Source of the DNA: an uncultured Planctomycetia bacterium
GTDB lineage: Bacteria > Omnitrophota > Gorgyraeia > Tantalellales > Tantalellaceae
NCBI GenBank assembly: GCA_964527555.1
Contig: CAZGOG010000006.1
Location: forward strand, 276 to 64,275
Direction: 5' to 3'
Length of the DNA: 64,000 nt
The position numbers were made by a program, and so were the translations under genes. Positions 28,901 through 37,054 of this stretch are shown piece by piece (positions within the stretch are counted from its first letter, which is position 1; each line of letters begins with the position of its first letter). The notes beneath the pieces were generated by a model. The model saw only the letters and a program-made list of their open reading frames with translations, ran no database searches and had not been told where the DNA came from.

Positions 28901-30502
28901 GGGGTCTATCGGCGGGTTTGTCACCTGCGCAAAAAGCTGCTTGAAATAGTTGTACAGCATCTGGGGCCGTTTTGAAAGAAACGCATGGGGCGTATCGTTG
29001 CCCATGGAACCAACAGGTTCTTTTCCTTCAAGAGCCATCGGTTTTATGATCATCTTCATGTCTTCCCGGGAATAACCGAACGCTTTCAGCCGCGCAAAAA
29101 TATCGGCCTCTTTCGGGGAACTCTTGAGCGCCTGAGGGACCTCGTCAAGATCCACCATATTATCCCTGATCCACTGGTGGTAAGGATGACGGGATGCAAT
29201 CATCTTTTTTATTCCATCGTCCCCGATTATGCGTCCAAGTTCGGTGTCGATAAAGAACATCTTACCGGGCTCAAGCCTGCCCGAGACTTTGATGTCAGCG
29301 GGATCTATGTCAAGCACCCCGACCTCGGATGCCATCACCACAAAGCCTTTCTTTGTTATGATGTAACGGGCGGGGCGAAGACCGTTCCTGTCCAGTACCG
29401 CTCCCACTTGCGAGCCGTCAGTAAACGCTATTGCCGCGGGACCGTCCCACGGTTCCATAAAACAGGCATGGTATTTGTAAAAATCACGGAGACTTTTGTC
29501 GATCTTTTTATCCTGTTCCCAGGCGTTCGGTATGAGCATCATCATGGCATGCGGCAGCAGTCTACCGGAAAGAACCAGTAGTTCGAAGACATTATCAATC
29601 GTAGCGGAATCGCTTCCCCCCTCGACTATCACGGGTTTGATCTTGGCTATATCGCTGCCAAAAGACGGGCTTGCCAGGAGCCGTTCCCTGGCACTCATCC
29701 AGTTAATATTGCCCCTTAATGTGTTTATTTCCCCGTTATGAGCAAGAAAGCGGAACGGCTGCGCCAGGTCCCACGTAGGAAACGTATTCGTACTGTACCG
29801 GGAATGCACCAAGGCGATCGCGCTTTCCATACGTTTATCCTCAAGATCCGGATAATACCCTTTTAACTGTCCCGGCATCAATAACCCTTTATAGCTTATC
29901 GTTCTTGAAGAAAGGTTTGTTATGTAAAAAAAACTTTTCTGGCTGATCCCGGATGCGCGGATCTCTTTTTCTATCCTCTTGCGGATAACATACAGCTTCC
30001 GTTCGAAGGCCAAGTTCTCCAGAGCCTGGGCGCCTTTTGCTATAAACACCTGTTTTATGACGGGCTGCGTCTCTTTTGCGCCTTCGCCGATAATCGAATC
30101 ATTTACAGGCACGTCACGCCATCCAAGCTGTTTCTGCGCTTCTTCCCCTATTACTCTTGAGAAGACTTTCTCGCAAAAATCGCGCTCTTCTCTATCAGTT
30201 GGCAGAAATACAAGTCCCGTCCCATAGCCGCCAAAAGGGGGGAGTTCAATCCCGATACTGCCGCACACTCCGGCATAAAAGTCATGTGGGATCTGGATAA
30301 GGATACCCGCTCCATCGCCGGTTTTGGGATCGGCACCTACCGCACCTCTGTGGCTCATCCTTTCAAGAACTTCGGCTGCCTTGCTGATAACATCATGAGA
30401 CTTCCTGCCGCTGATGTTACAGACAAACCCCACCCCGCAGCTGTCATGCTCGAAGCGCCCGTCATAAAGTCCTTGTTTTTGCGGTAAACGGTCTTTTTTC
30501 AT
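25973..30502 (-). CDS. gltB: Glutamate synthase large subunit
   Basis: EHDS/CGVGF amidotransferase N-terminus, HSRYSTNT, GAMSFGS, QGAKPGEGG and Fe-S C-x5-C-x4-C motifs. Confidence 0.97.
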   Translation of the reverse strand: MKKDRLPQKQGLYDGRFEHDSCGVGFVCNISGRKSHDVISKAAEVLERMSHRGAVGADPKTGDGAGILIQIPHDFYAGVCGSIGIELPPFGGYGTGLVFLPTDREERDFCEKVFSRVIGEEAQKQLGWRDVPVNDSIIGEGAKETQPVIKQVFIAKGAQALENLAFERKLYVIRKRIEKEIRASGISQKSFFYITNLSSRTISYKGLLMPGQLKGYYPDLEDKRMESAIALVHSRYSTNTFPTWDLAQPFRFLAHNGEINTLRGNINWMSARERLLASPSFGSDIAKIKPVIVEGGSDSATIDNVFELLVLSGRLLPHAMMMLIPNAWEQDKKIDKSLRDFYKYHACFMEPWDGPAAIAFTDGSQVGAVLDRNGLRPARYIITKKGFVVMASEVGVLDIDPADIKVSGRLEPGKMFFIDTELGRIIGDDGIKKMIASRHPYHQWIRDNMVDLDEVPQALKSSPKEADIFARLKAFGYSREDMKMIIKPMALEGKEPVGSMGNDTPHAFLSKRPQMLYNYFKQLFAQVTNPPIDPIREELVMSLESFVGPEKNVLEETPEHCHKLGIKKPVITDEELEKIRNIRVNSFKTKTVLTIFDASKIENFIHALERICFETEYAIEQGYSFVILSDRGVDKNNAALPALLAVSAVHQHLVRKTIRSEVGLIVESAEPREVQHFALLLGYGAACVNPYLAYEAIEHLIKEGEGPKDMGKALENYRKAINKGILKILSKMGISTLRSYRGAQIFEALGLADDVASNHFGGTVSRVGGLTLESIAEETLARHREAFPERETGAAKLVSGGVYQWKRDGEFHLWQPESIAALQDSARKEDYSIYKRFAELINDQSASPTTIRSLFKFKKTAPIPVSEVEPVEKIVTRFVTGAMSFGSISKGAHEAIAIAMNRLGGKSNTGEGGEDPSRFVSLPNGDSTRSAVKQVASGRFGVTINYLVNADELQIKIAQGAKPGEGGQLPGYKVSAIIARTRYTSPGVTLISPPPHHDIYSIEDLAQLIFDLKNANPRARVSVKLVSEIGVGTVAAGVAKGHADMILISGGDGGTGASPRSSIMYAGLPWELGLSETHQTLVLNRLRSRVRLQTDGQMRTGRDVAIAAILGAEEFGFCTSVLVVLGCVMLRHCHLNNCSVGVATQDEMLVKRFQGRPEYIVSYMRFISEELREIMASLGLRSIDEMVGRTDLLEANKGIFPEKAKGIDLSRILYKPEVSGKVGTRCLVEQNHGIDEVLDRDIIRKAKNALEKAEPVKLEFPIRNNNRTCGAMLSGEVCRKHGEKGLLENTIHCKFTGTAGQSFGAFLAKGVTFELEGMANDYVGKSISGGKVIIYPDKKSDYKPEENVIIGNTTFYGATSGEAYIRGVAGERFCIRNSGLFAVAEGVGDHGCEYMTGGKVVILGRTGKNFAAGMSGGIAYVYDEDNSFKDRCNMKMVHLEKCDEEDKISIYNLVHNHFRYTASSLAGKLLDDFTNELEKFVKVMPIEYKQVLAGKQVEARLGLLEVSDG

Positions 30503-30512
30503 CTTTATCCCT

Positions 30513-30743
30513 CTATATTCTGAACTTTTTTACGTCGATATTCAACCTTTTTATCTTCATGCGCAGGGTATTACGGTTTATCCCCAATATTTTTGAGGCA
30601 ATGGACTGGTTACCGAAGGATCTTTTAAGCGTTTTTTCGATCAGCGCCTTCTCGGTATCATTGATGACCCTTGAGTATACATTTCCCTTCTCCGTTACCA
30701 GCATCAGGTCCTCTATCATTTTATCCGTCTTTTCCTTAATCAT
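30513..30743 (-). CDS. Stand-alone Fis/NtrC-type helix-turn-helix protein
   Basis: EKALIEKTL...GNQSIASKILGINRNTLRMKI; SD AGGAG. Confidence 0.85.
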   Translation of the reverse strand: MIKEKTDKMIEDLMLVTEKGNVYSRVINDTEKALIEKTLKRSFGNQSIASKILGINRNTLRMKIKRLNIDVKKFRI

Positions 30744-30792
30744 TGCCCTGTCTCCTTATCAAATTTTGACTGAATTCTATGCACATCTTTGT

Positions 30793-30934
30793 AAAAAAAA
30801 GCCCCCTTCAAAGCTTTCTCTGCTTCGAAGAGGGCATCTTCGCCTCTTTCCCCTACAATGGGATTTCTATAAAATAAAAACCCCCAGGAACTCTTAATCC
30901 ATGGGGGCTTCATCGCCTTACAACAACTTTGTTG
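30793..30934 (-). promoter_or_regulatory. Tandem pair of ANTAR dual-hairpin attenuators in the fis-gltBD leader
   Basis: Unit 1: CAAC-AAAGTT-GTTG, GGC-GATGAA-GCC, terminator ending TGGGGGTTTTTATTTT. Unit 2: CCC-ATTGTA-GGG, GGC-GAAGAT-GCC, terminator GCCCTCTTCGAAGC/GCTTTGAAGGGGGC plus T8. Confidence 0.85.
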
Positions 30935-30939
30935 ATTGT

Positions 30940-30968
30940 ATGATACCACCGCTTTAAGAGTTTGTCAA
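30940..30968 (-). promoter_or_regulatory. Sigma70-like promoter of the fis-gltBD operon
   Basis: TTGACA-17 nt-TATCAT, 5 nt upstream of ANTAR P1. Confidence 0.75.
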
Positions 30969-31037
30969 GCTGTAAATGCCTCTTTACAGGCCTTTTAAGG
31001 CGTCTCAGCACTTAGCTCCTAAAAGCGCAATATCCGT

Positions 31038-31379
31038 TTATCCTATTGCTTCGTTTCCCTCTTCGCCTGTCCGTATCCTTATGCAGCGCGGAAGGTCAAG
31101 GACAAATATTTTCCCATCCCCTATACGGCCTGTCCTGGCACCTTTCATTATCGCATCTATAGTAGGCTTCACGAAGTTTTCGTTTACTGCAATATCCAAA
31201 CGTACTTTTTTAAGAAGATTTACCTCGTGAACGACGCCCCTGTAGGTTTCCGTGTAACCTTTTTGCTGTCCGCATCCAAGGGCGTTTGTCACTGTCATCT
31301 TATATACTTCCGCATCAAAAAGCTCTCTTTTGACATCCGGCAGTTTATGAGGTTGTATCATCGCAATTATGAGTTTCAT
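31038..31379 (-). CDS. glnK: Nitrogen regulatory protein P-II
   Basis: G.GQQKG.TETYRG T-loop and [10 protein letters not shown] motifs; adjacent to amtB. Confidence 0.92.
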   Translation of the reverse strand: MKLIIAMIQPHKLPDVKRELFDAEVYKMTVTNALGCGQQKGYTETYRGVVHEVNLLKKVRLDIAVNENFVKPTIDAIMKGARTGRIGDGKIFVLDLPRCIRIRTGEEGNEAIG

Positions 31380-31394
31380 TTTCCCCTCCTTATG

Positions 31395-32741
31395 TTATTG
31401 TGCCGTAAAGATCTGGAACCCCGCATACGCTTCCATGCCGTGTTCGGTGATATCCAGCCCTTTAAGCTCCTCTTCCCTGGAGACCCTTAAACCGATCGTT
31501 ATGTCGATCAGTTTAAAAATTATCGTCATAGTCACCAGAACAAAAGCTATCACGCTTCCCACTCCTAGAATTTGAACGCCAAGTTGGGCGAATCCTCCGC
31601 CGTGTAAGAGTCCTTCTCTGGCAAGTCCAAGAGCTTTGTGCCCGAAAATCCCTACTGCCAAAGTCCCCCAAATACCGTTCATCATATGTACCGGCACCGC
31701 ACCCACGGGATCGTCAACATGGACTTTATCAAGAAAAAGCGTGCCCATAACAACGATTATCCCACCGATAAAACCGATTATAAGAGCTTCGTACGGCAGT
31801 ACATAAGCACACGGTGCCGTTATCGCTACAAGCCCCGCAAGGGCACCGTTCATCGTCATCGATAGATCCGGTTTACCGCACTTCTTCCACGCAAAGAACA
31901 TGGCGGTAAGCCCGCCTGCCGCCGCCGCCAGATTGGTATTTATTGCTACTTTTGCCATAAGGCTTCCGTCTCCCACGCTTAAAGTCGAGCCCGGGTTAAA
32001 ACCAAACCATGCGAACCAAAGGATCAAAGCTCCCAGCGAAGCAAGTGCCATTGAGTGGCCTTCGATGGCATTCGCCGAACCGTCCTTATTATACTTCCCG
32101 ATCCTGGGCCCGAGCATCATGGTCCCCACCAGGGCAGCAGTCCCACCTACGGCATGGACGACCGTCGATCCGGCAAAATCCCCAAATCCCAGGCTGCTAA
32201 GCCATCCTTCGCCCCATATCCAGTGACCGACAAAAGGATAAACAGTCGCGGATATCAGAAACGAGTAAATAAGGTAGCACTGGAATTTCATCCTTTCGGC
32301 AATACCGCCTGCTACTATAGTGGCAGCCGCACCGCAGAAAACCGCGTGAAAAAGCCATGCCGCCTCAAGCGGTATACCCCCTTCATGCGTCGCGTTAAGC
32401 AGGAAAAATCCGTTAAAGCCCATGAACCCGTTACCCTTGCCGAACATGAAAGCATATCCGAAGATAAAAAACCCCAGGGACGCCATACAAAAGTCCAGAA
32501 AGTTATTCATAAGCACGTTACAGGTGTTCTTGGTCCTGATAAGCCCCGCCTCGAGCATCCCGAACCCCGCCTGCATGATGAAGACAAAAAACGCCGCGAT
32601 CATGACCCATAAGGTGTCGATCCCTACGGTACTGGCATAAATCTCGCCTCCTTCCGCAAAAACGGGTGCGGTAAAGCACAAACCCGCTAAAAGGGCTACC
32701 ACCCCCATAACCTTTAACAGTTTCACTTTTCTCTTGAACAT
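31395..32741 (-). CDS. amtB: Ammonium transporter
   Basis: DFAGSTVVH, WFGFNPGS, NGALAGLVAIT and DDPVGAVPVH motifs. Confidence 0.96.
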   Translation of the reverse strand: MFKRKVKLLKVMGVVALLAGLCFTAPVFAEGGEIYASTVGIDTLWVMIAAFFVFIMQAGFGMLEAGLIRTKNTCNVLMNNFLDFCMASLGFFIFGYAFMFGKGNGFMGFNGFFLLNATHEGGIPLEAAWLFHAVFCGAAATIVAGGIAERMKFQCYLIYSFLISATVYPFVGHWIWGEGWLSSLGFGDFAGSTVVHAVGGTAALVGTMMLGPRIGKYNKDGSANAIEGHSMALASLGALILWFAWFGFNPGSTLSVGDGSLMAKVAINTNLAAAAGGLTAMFFAWKKCGKPDLSMTMNGALAGLVAITAPCAYVLPYEALIIGFIGGIIVVMGTLFLDKVHVDDPVGAVPVHMMNGIWGTLAVGIFGHKALGLAREGLLHGGGFAQLGVQILGVGSVIAFVLVTMTIIFKLIDITIGLRVSREEELKGLDITEHGMEAYAGFQIFTAQ

Positions 32742-32772
32742 ACTAGCCTCCTTTCCTGTTTAGTTAACACAA

Positions 32773-33621
32773 TCAATAATCAAAACTTACTTTTATCCCG
32801 CCGTAAAACTCGTTCCGAGATGCATCGTTATATGTACTGCGGTCAAGAATAAGCGAGTAACTCACGCTCGGTGTAACAGTGAAATAATGAAAAAACGGGA
32901 TATTTACTTCACCGGAGAATACCATATCGCCCCATCCTGTCTTATCAGTCCACTGCTCGTCGATAATACCGGTTGTCATGGCTAAAGCGGCAGATATCCC
33001 GCTTTCTCCGAAGTCAAAGGTATGGCCTATCCCGAACAGGAAATATGAGCCGTCGCCTCCTCCATCGCTATTACCTTTACCGCTACCCACATCCCAGTAC
33101 CATGTAAAAAAGGGCTGCAAGAACATGTCATAGGAAACACTTATATATATCTCATGAGTGTCGAAAAACTTACTATCCCAGTCTAAGTTCGGAAAAGTAT
33201 AACAGGTATACCCCGCTGAGATGTTTAACGGATCCAGAAAATCCGGTGAATCAACATCGAAAGTTTCCGACATCTCACCTATATTAAACGTATAATCAAT
33301 CGTGTAATCTATTTCCGTGAATTCCCGGTATCTAGCGGCATCTCTGGACTTTTCATCGTTTAGGCTGTAGTTTGCCCAAAAATCAAAAGTAAAACCCCAT
33401 TTAGATACCGACGCATCAAACTGCATTACGGGTTCGTCCCCGAGATTCCATCCCCTCCAGATGTATTTTGTCATGAGCGCTGTACTAAAAGAGACGTCTG
33501 GAAGCCACTCGGGCTTTTCGCCCAGCCATTCATCATTAAAACCATCGGCATGGGCTCTCATGCCGCAAAAAAACAATATCGGCGTTACTGCCAAAAATGT
33601 AATCATTGTTTTTCTAAACAT
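32773..33621 (-). CDS. Outer-membrane beta-barrel, TorF/TIGR02001-like putative porin
   Basis: Signal peptide, TKYIWRG, EIDYTIDYTF and aromatic C-terminus KVSFDY; typical amtB/glnK neighbour. Confidence 0.7.
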   Translation of the reverse strand: MFRKTMITFLAVTPILFFCGMRAHADGFNDEWLGEKPEWLPDVSFSTALMTKYIWRGWNLGDEPVMQFDASVSKWGFTFDFWANYSLNDEKSRDAARYREFTEIDYTIDYTFNIGEMSETFDVDSPDFLDPLNISAGYTCYTFPNLDWDSKFFDTHEIYISVSYDMFLQPFFTWYWDVGSGKGNSDGGGDGSYFLFGIGHTFDFGESGISAALAMTTGIIDEQWTDKTGWGDMVFSGEVNIPFFHYFTVTPSVSYSLILDRSTYNDASRNEFYGGIKVSFDY

Positions 33622-33718
33622 CTCAATCCCTCCTTTTTCAAGCGCTTAAGATAAATCCTCATGGATTAACATCCGTGGTGTTCCTTCGTTCTAAGTGCAA
33701 AATATCTTTCCCCGCAGA

Positions 33719-33751
33719 TTCATGGTGAGCGAACGAAGTGAGTCGAACCAC
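33719..33751. repeat. REP-like imperfect palindrome, single copy in this window
   Basis: TTCATGGTGAGCGAACGAAGTGAGTCGAACCAC resembles TGGTGAGC...GTCGAACCA-type extragenic repeats; abuts a terminator. Confidence 0.35.
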
Positions 33752-33890
33752 AAAAAACGCCCTTTTTGAAGCTACCCATTGCTTCAAAATAGGGCGTCTT
33801 AGCCTTAATATGCCATCTATGGAATTTAAACAAAAAACCTCGGGAGTTATTACCCCCGAGGCTGCTTTGCCGTTTGTAACTTCTTTGTTA
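33752..33890 (-). promoter_or_regulatory. Tandem pair of ANTAR dual-hairpin attenuators between the ANTAR gene and porin-amtB-glnK
   Basis: Unit 1: TAAC-AAAGAA-GTTA, GGC-AAAGCA-GCC, terminator CCTCGGGGG/CTCCCGAGG plus T6. Unit 2: CC-ATAGAT-GG, GGC-TAAGAC-GCC, terminator CGCCCTATTTTGAAGC/GCTTCAAAAAGGGCG plus T6. Confidence 0.85.
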
Positions 33891-33910
33891 GAGAAGCACG
33901 GTTAAATGTG

Positions 33911-34609
33911 CTATTTCCTTATCTCAAAAGAAAGTATTATCGCTTCTGCGATCTCTTTCATGGAGACCCGTTTATTCATGCTGGTCTTCCTGATCAGGCT
34001 AAAGGCCTCTTCTTCAGCGAGTCCTTGTTCCTTCATCAGAATCCCTTTTGCCTTTTCAATCTTCTTTCTGCTCTCAAGTTCTTCTTGTATGACTTTAGTC
34101 TTGACCATAAGTTCTGTATTCTCTATAGCCACCGCTGCCTGATTAGCCACCGCACTTAAGAGATCTATATCGCTTTTGGTGAACTCATACGATTCCACGG
34201 TATAAACATTTAACACGCCTATGGGCCTGTCCTTCACCATCATGGGAACGCTCAGCATTGAGACAAGTTTCTCTTTTTTAGCAAGTTCCTTTTCTTTATA
34301 CTTATCGTCTTTGGCGACATCCAGTATCACTATCGGTTTCTTCTCCTTGGCTACGCGTCCGACGATACCTTCCCCGACTTTTATTGCCCTTTCTTTGAGA
34401 TACTCCTGACTCATGGTCTGCGTAGCCCTTATGGTAAGCTCCTGTTTTTCCTCGTCAAGGAGCCATAAAGCGCATATCTTCGCGCCCATGACATTCGCAG
34501 TAAGATTCACTATAAGCCTCAGGATATCTTCCAGATAAAGATCAGACGTTATAGCCTTACTGATCCTTGTCAGAGTCGAAAGATATTCTTTTTCGGACAT
34601 TTTTTCCAT
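33911..34609 (-). CDS. GAF-ANTAR RNA-binding antiterminator
   Basis: GAF domain (GEGIVGRVA, SMLSVPM, IGVLNVY, NQAAVAIEN), coiled coil, then ANTAR domain RKKIEKAKGILM...EEEAFSLIRKTSMNKRVSMKEIAEAI. Confidence 0.93.
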   Translation of the reverse strand: MEKMSEKEYLSTLTRISKAITSDLYLEDILRLIVNLTANVMGAKICALWLLDEEKQELTIRATQTMSQEYLKERAIKVGEGIVGRVAKEKKPIVILDVAKDDKYKEKELAKKEKLVSMLSVPMMVKDRPIGVLNVYTVESYEFTKSDIDLLSAVANQAAVAIENTELMVKTKVIQEELESRKKIEKAKGILMKEQGLAEEEAFSLIRKTSMNKRVSMKEIAEAIILSFEIRK

Positions 34610-34632
34610 GACTATATTTACCCCTTATTTTT

Positions 34633-36735
34633 TCATATCATGAACAGCATCTCCGCATAGGAAGGTAGCGGCCATATCTCATCCGGTACTAACCCTTCCA
34701 AGGCATCTACGGCCTGGCGGAGCTCGTTCATCGCAGATATTATCTTGCCGCTAGAGCCGTTTTCCAGACACTTTTCAAGTTTTTTTATGTTTTCAAGCAT
34801 CTTCTCTGTCTCTTCAGATACTTCTTTCAGAAGCTTCTTTGTAGCGGTTACTTTACCGCCGCATCCTGCGACATCTTCTACTGCCCTGGCCAAATTCGCC
34901 TGGTATTCAAGCGCTGCCGGAACAATCATCGTTTTTGCCATCGTCAAAGCAACCGATGCCTCTATGGCAGTCGTCCGTTCATACTGTTCTTTATAAATCT
35001 CATAGCGCGACATAAGCTCTGTTTTGGAGAGAACCTTGTGCCTCTCAAATAAAGAGACTACCTTTTCGTCTTTCATCACTTTAAGCGCTTCCGGGGTCGT
35101 TTTGAGATTAAGTAGACCCCGCTTTTCAGCCTCTTTGTGCCACTCTTTGGTATAGTTATCGCCGTTAAAAAGTATGCGTTTATGTTTTTTAACTATATCC
35201 TGCAATATCGACTGGAGAGCCTTGTTGAAATCCTTCTTAGTCTTGCCTGATTTCTCCAGTTTAGTGCATATCTCGTCAAGCGCGTCAGCGATAATAGTAT
35301 TCAAAACTATGTTAGCCCCGGCACAGCTCTGGTTGGACCCGACGGCACGGAACTCAAATTTATTCCCCGTAAAAGCGAAAGGCGACGTCCTGTTGCGGTC
35401 GGTCACATCACGCGGCAGAGTCGGCAGGGAAGTGACGCCTACTTGTATCGCATCTATTTTCTTAGAAGTTTTCGCACCGCCCTTCTCGATCTGTTCTATG
35501 ACATCCGTAAGCTGCTCTCCCAGAAAGATGGAAAGGATCGCAGGCGGCGCTTCGTTAGCGCCGAGCCTGTGGTCGTTTCCTGCGCTGGCTACGCTTGCTC
35601 TAAGTATGCCCGCATGAGTATCAATAGCCTTCATGAGCGCGCATATCATTGTGAGAAATTTAGCGTTCTCATGGGGGTTTTCACCCGGAGAAAGCCAGTT
35701 CTTGTCGTCAGGCCCGACAATCGACCAGTTGTTATGTTTACCGGAACCGTTAACGCCTGCAAAAGGTTTTTCATGAAGAAGACATACTAAGTCGTACTTT
35801 TCCGCGGCTTTTTTTAAAAGCTCCATCGTGATCATGTTATGATCGACGGAAAGGTTCTGCTCTTCAAAGACCGGCGCGATCTCAAACTGTGCGGGACAGA
35901 CTTCATTGTGCCGCGTCTTCGCCGGGATCCCCATCTTCCACATCTCGCGATCCAGCTCTTCCATGAAAGACATGACCCTGGTCTTTATGGCGCCGAAATA
36001 ATGGTCTTCCATCTGCTGGTGTTTTGCCGGAGCTCTGCCGAAAAGCGTCCTTCCGGTCTGAATAAGATCCAGTCGCGCTTCGTAATATCTCCTGTCTATA
36101 AGAAAATATTCCTGTTCGGGACCCAAAGTTGCGTAAGCGCGTTTATTTTTAACGTCAATACCGAACAATTTAGCCAAACGGCATACCTGTTTAGATAAAG
36201 CCGCCGCGCTCCTTAAAAGAGGCGTTTTCTTATCAAGCGCCTCACCGTGATAAGAGTAGAACGCCGTGGGTATACACAAGGTGGCTACATTCTCTCCCTC
36301 TTTTATGAAAGCCGGGGAAGTCGGGTCCCAGGCGGTATATCCGCGTGCCTCAAAAGTCGCCCTAAGCCCCCCCGAAGGAAAGCTGGATGCATCCGGTTCG
36401 CCCTTTATAAGCTCTTCTCCCGAAAACTTCATTATGACTCCGCCTTCCTGGTCAGGAGAGATGAAAGAGTCGTGTTTCTCCGCTGTTGCCCCCGTTAAAG
36501 GCTGGAACCAGTGAGTAAAATGTGTGGCGCCTTTCGACACCGCCCAGGTCTTCATAGCGTCGGCCACTTCATCGGCAATATTCGGGTCCAACGAACGGCC
36601 CTGCCTTATGGTTGAGACAAGCGACTTGTACGCAGTCTCCGAAAGGTAATTGCGCATATTCTTCAGGCTGAATACGTTTTCACCGTAAAAATCGGGCACC
36701 ATCGGTACATCCCTTTTCCTAGAGTTTTCTTTCAT
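34633..36735 (-). CDS. glnA: Glutamine synthetase type III
   Basis: [41 protein letters not shown] and [18 protein letters not shown] motifs; start MKENS at 36735. Confidence 0.95.
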   Translation of the reverse strand: MKENSRKRDVPMVPDFYGENVFSLKNMRNYLSETAYKSLVSTIRQGRSLDPNIADEVADAMKTWAVSKGATHFTHWFQPLTGATAEKHDSFISPDQEGGVIMKFSGEELIKGEPDASSFPSGGLRATFEARGYTAWDPTSPAFIKEGENVATLCIPTAFYSYHGEALDKKTPLLRSAAALSKQVCRLAKLFGIDVKNKRAYATLGPEQEYFLIDRRYYEARLDLIQTGRTLFGRAPAKHQQMEDHYFGAIKTRVMSFMEELDREMWKMGIPAKTRHNEVCPAQFEIAPVFEEQNLSVDHNMITMELLKKAAEKYDLVCLLHEKPFAGVNGSGKHNNWSIVGPDDKNWLSPGENPHENAKFLTMICALMKAIDTHAGILRASVASAGNDHRLGANEAPPAILSIFLGEQLTDVIEQIEKGGAKTSKKIDAIQVGVTSLPTLPRDVTDRNRTSPFAFTGNKFEFRAVGSNQSCAGANIVLNTIIADALDEICTKLEKSGKTKKDFNKALQSILQDIVKKHKRILFNGDNYTKEWHKEAEKRGLLNLKTTPEALKVMKDEKVVSLFERHKVLSKTELMSRYEIYKEQYERTTAIEASVALTMAKTMIVPAALEYQANLARAVEDVAGCGGKVTATKKLLKEVSEETEKMLENIKKLEKCLENGSSGKIISAMNELRQAVDALEGLVPDEIWPLPSYAEMLFMI

Positions 36736-36845
36736 TATTGCCCCCCTTTTCTTAAACATTATTTTATCACCTATTTCTCTAAAAGCAACACAACAAAGTC
36801 AATCTCCTCTTTCCCCCATCAAAACCCGCCGACATGACAGGCTGT

Positions 36846-37012
36846 AAAATAAAAAACGCCCTTGTCGGCCGCTTCCCCTCTGGCCTAAAAGGACGTCTTT
36901 ATCCTCAGGTGTTTCAAACTTTGAATTTCGCCTAGCGCACTTCTTTTATGCGCCTAAAATAAAAAAGGCGTTCTCTCTGAACGCCTCATTGCTTGCCTTA
37001 CACTGCCTCGTG
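36846..37012 (-). promoter_or_regulatory. Tandem pair of ANTAR dual-hairpin attenuators in the glnA leader
   Basis: Unit 1: CAC-GAGGCA-GTG, GC-AATGAG-GC, terminator AGGCGTTC/GAACGCCT plus T-tract. Unit 2: TTC-AAAGTTT-GAA, GGAT-AAAGAC-GTCC, terminator ending AAGGGCGTTTTTTATTTT. Confidence 0.8.
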
Positions 37013-37020
37013 CAACTATT

Positions 37021-37048
37021 ATTTTACACAATATCCATTTTTTGTCAA
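37021..37048 (-). promoter_or_regulatory. Sigma70-like promoter of glnA-ANTAR
   Basis: TTGACA-16 nt-TAAAAT with TGTG extended -10. Confidence 0.7.
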
Positions 37049-37054
37049 TACTTT

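Noticed and set aside
30740-30949. 69-aa minus-strand ORF as a leader peptide of gltB
   Set aside because: It starts inside the -10 region of the predicted promoter and runs through two terminators. The region is better explained as an ANTAR RNA leader.
36846-37012. Glutamine riboswitch (glnA RNA motif) or T-box in the glnA leader
   Set aside because: I see no T-box consensus or three-way-junction/E-loop pattern. Hexaloop dual hairpins overlapping terminators, with a linked ANTAR gene, fit better.
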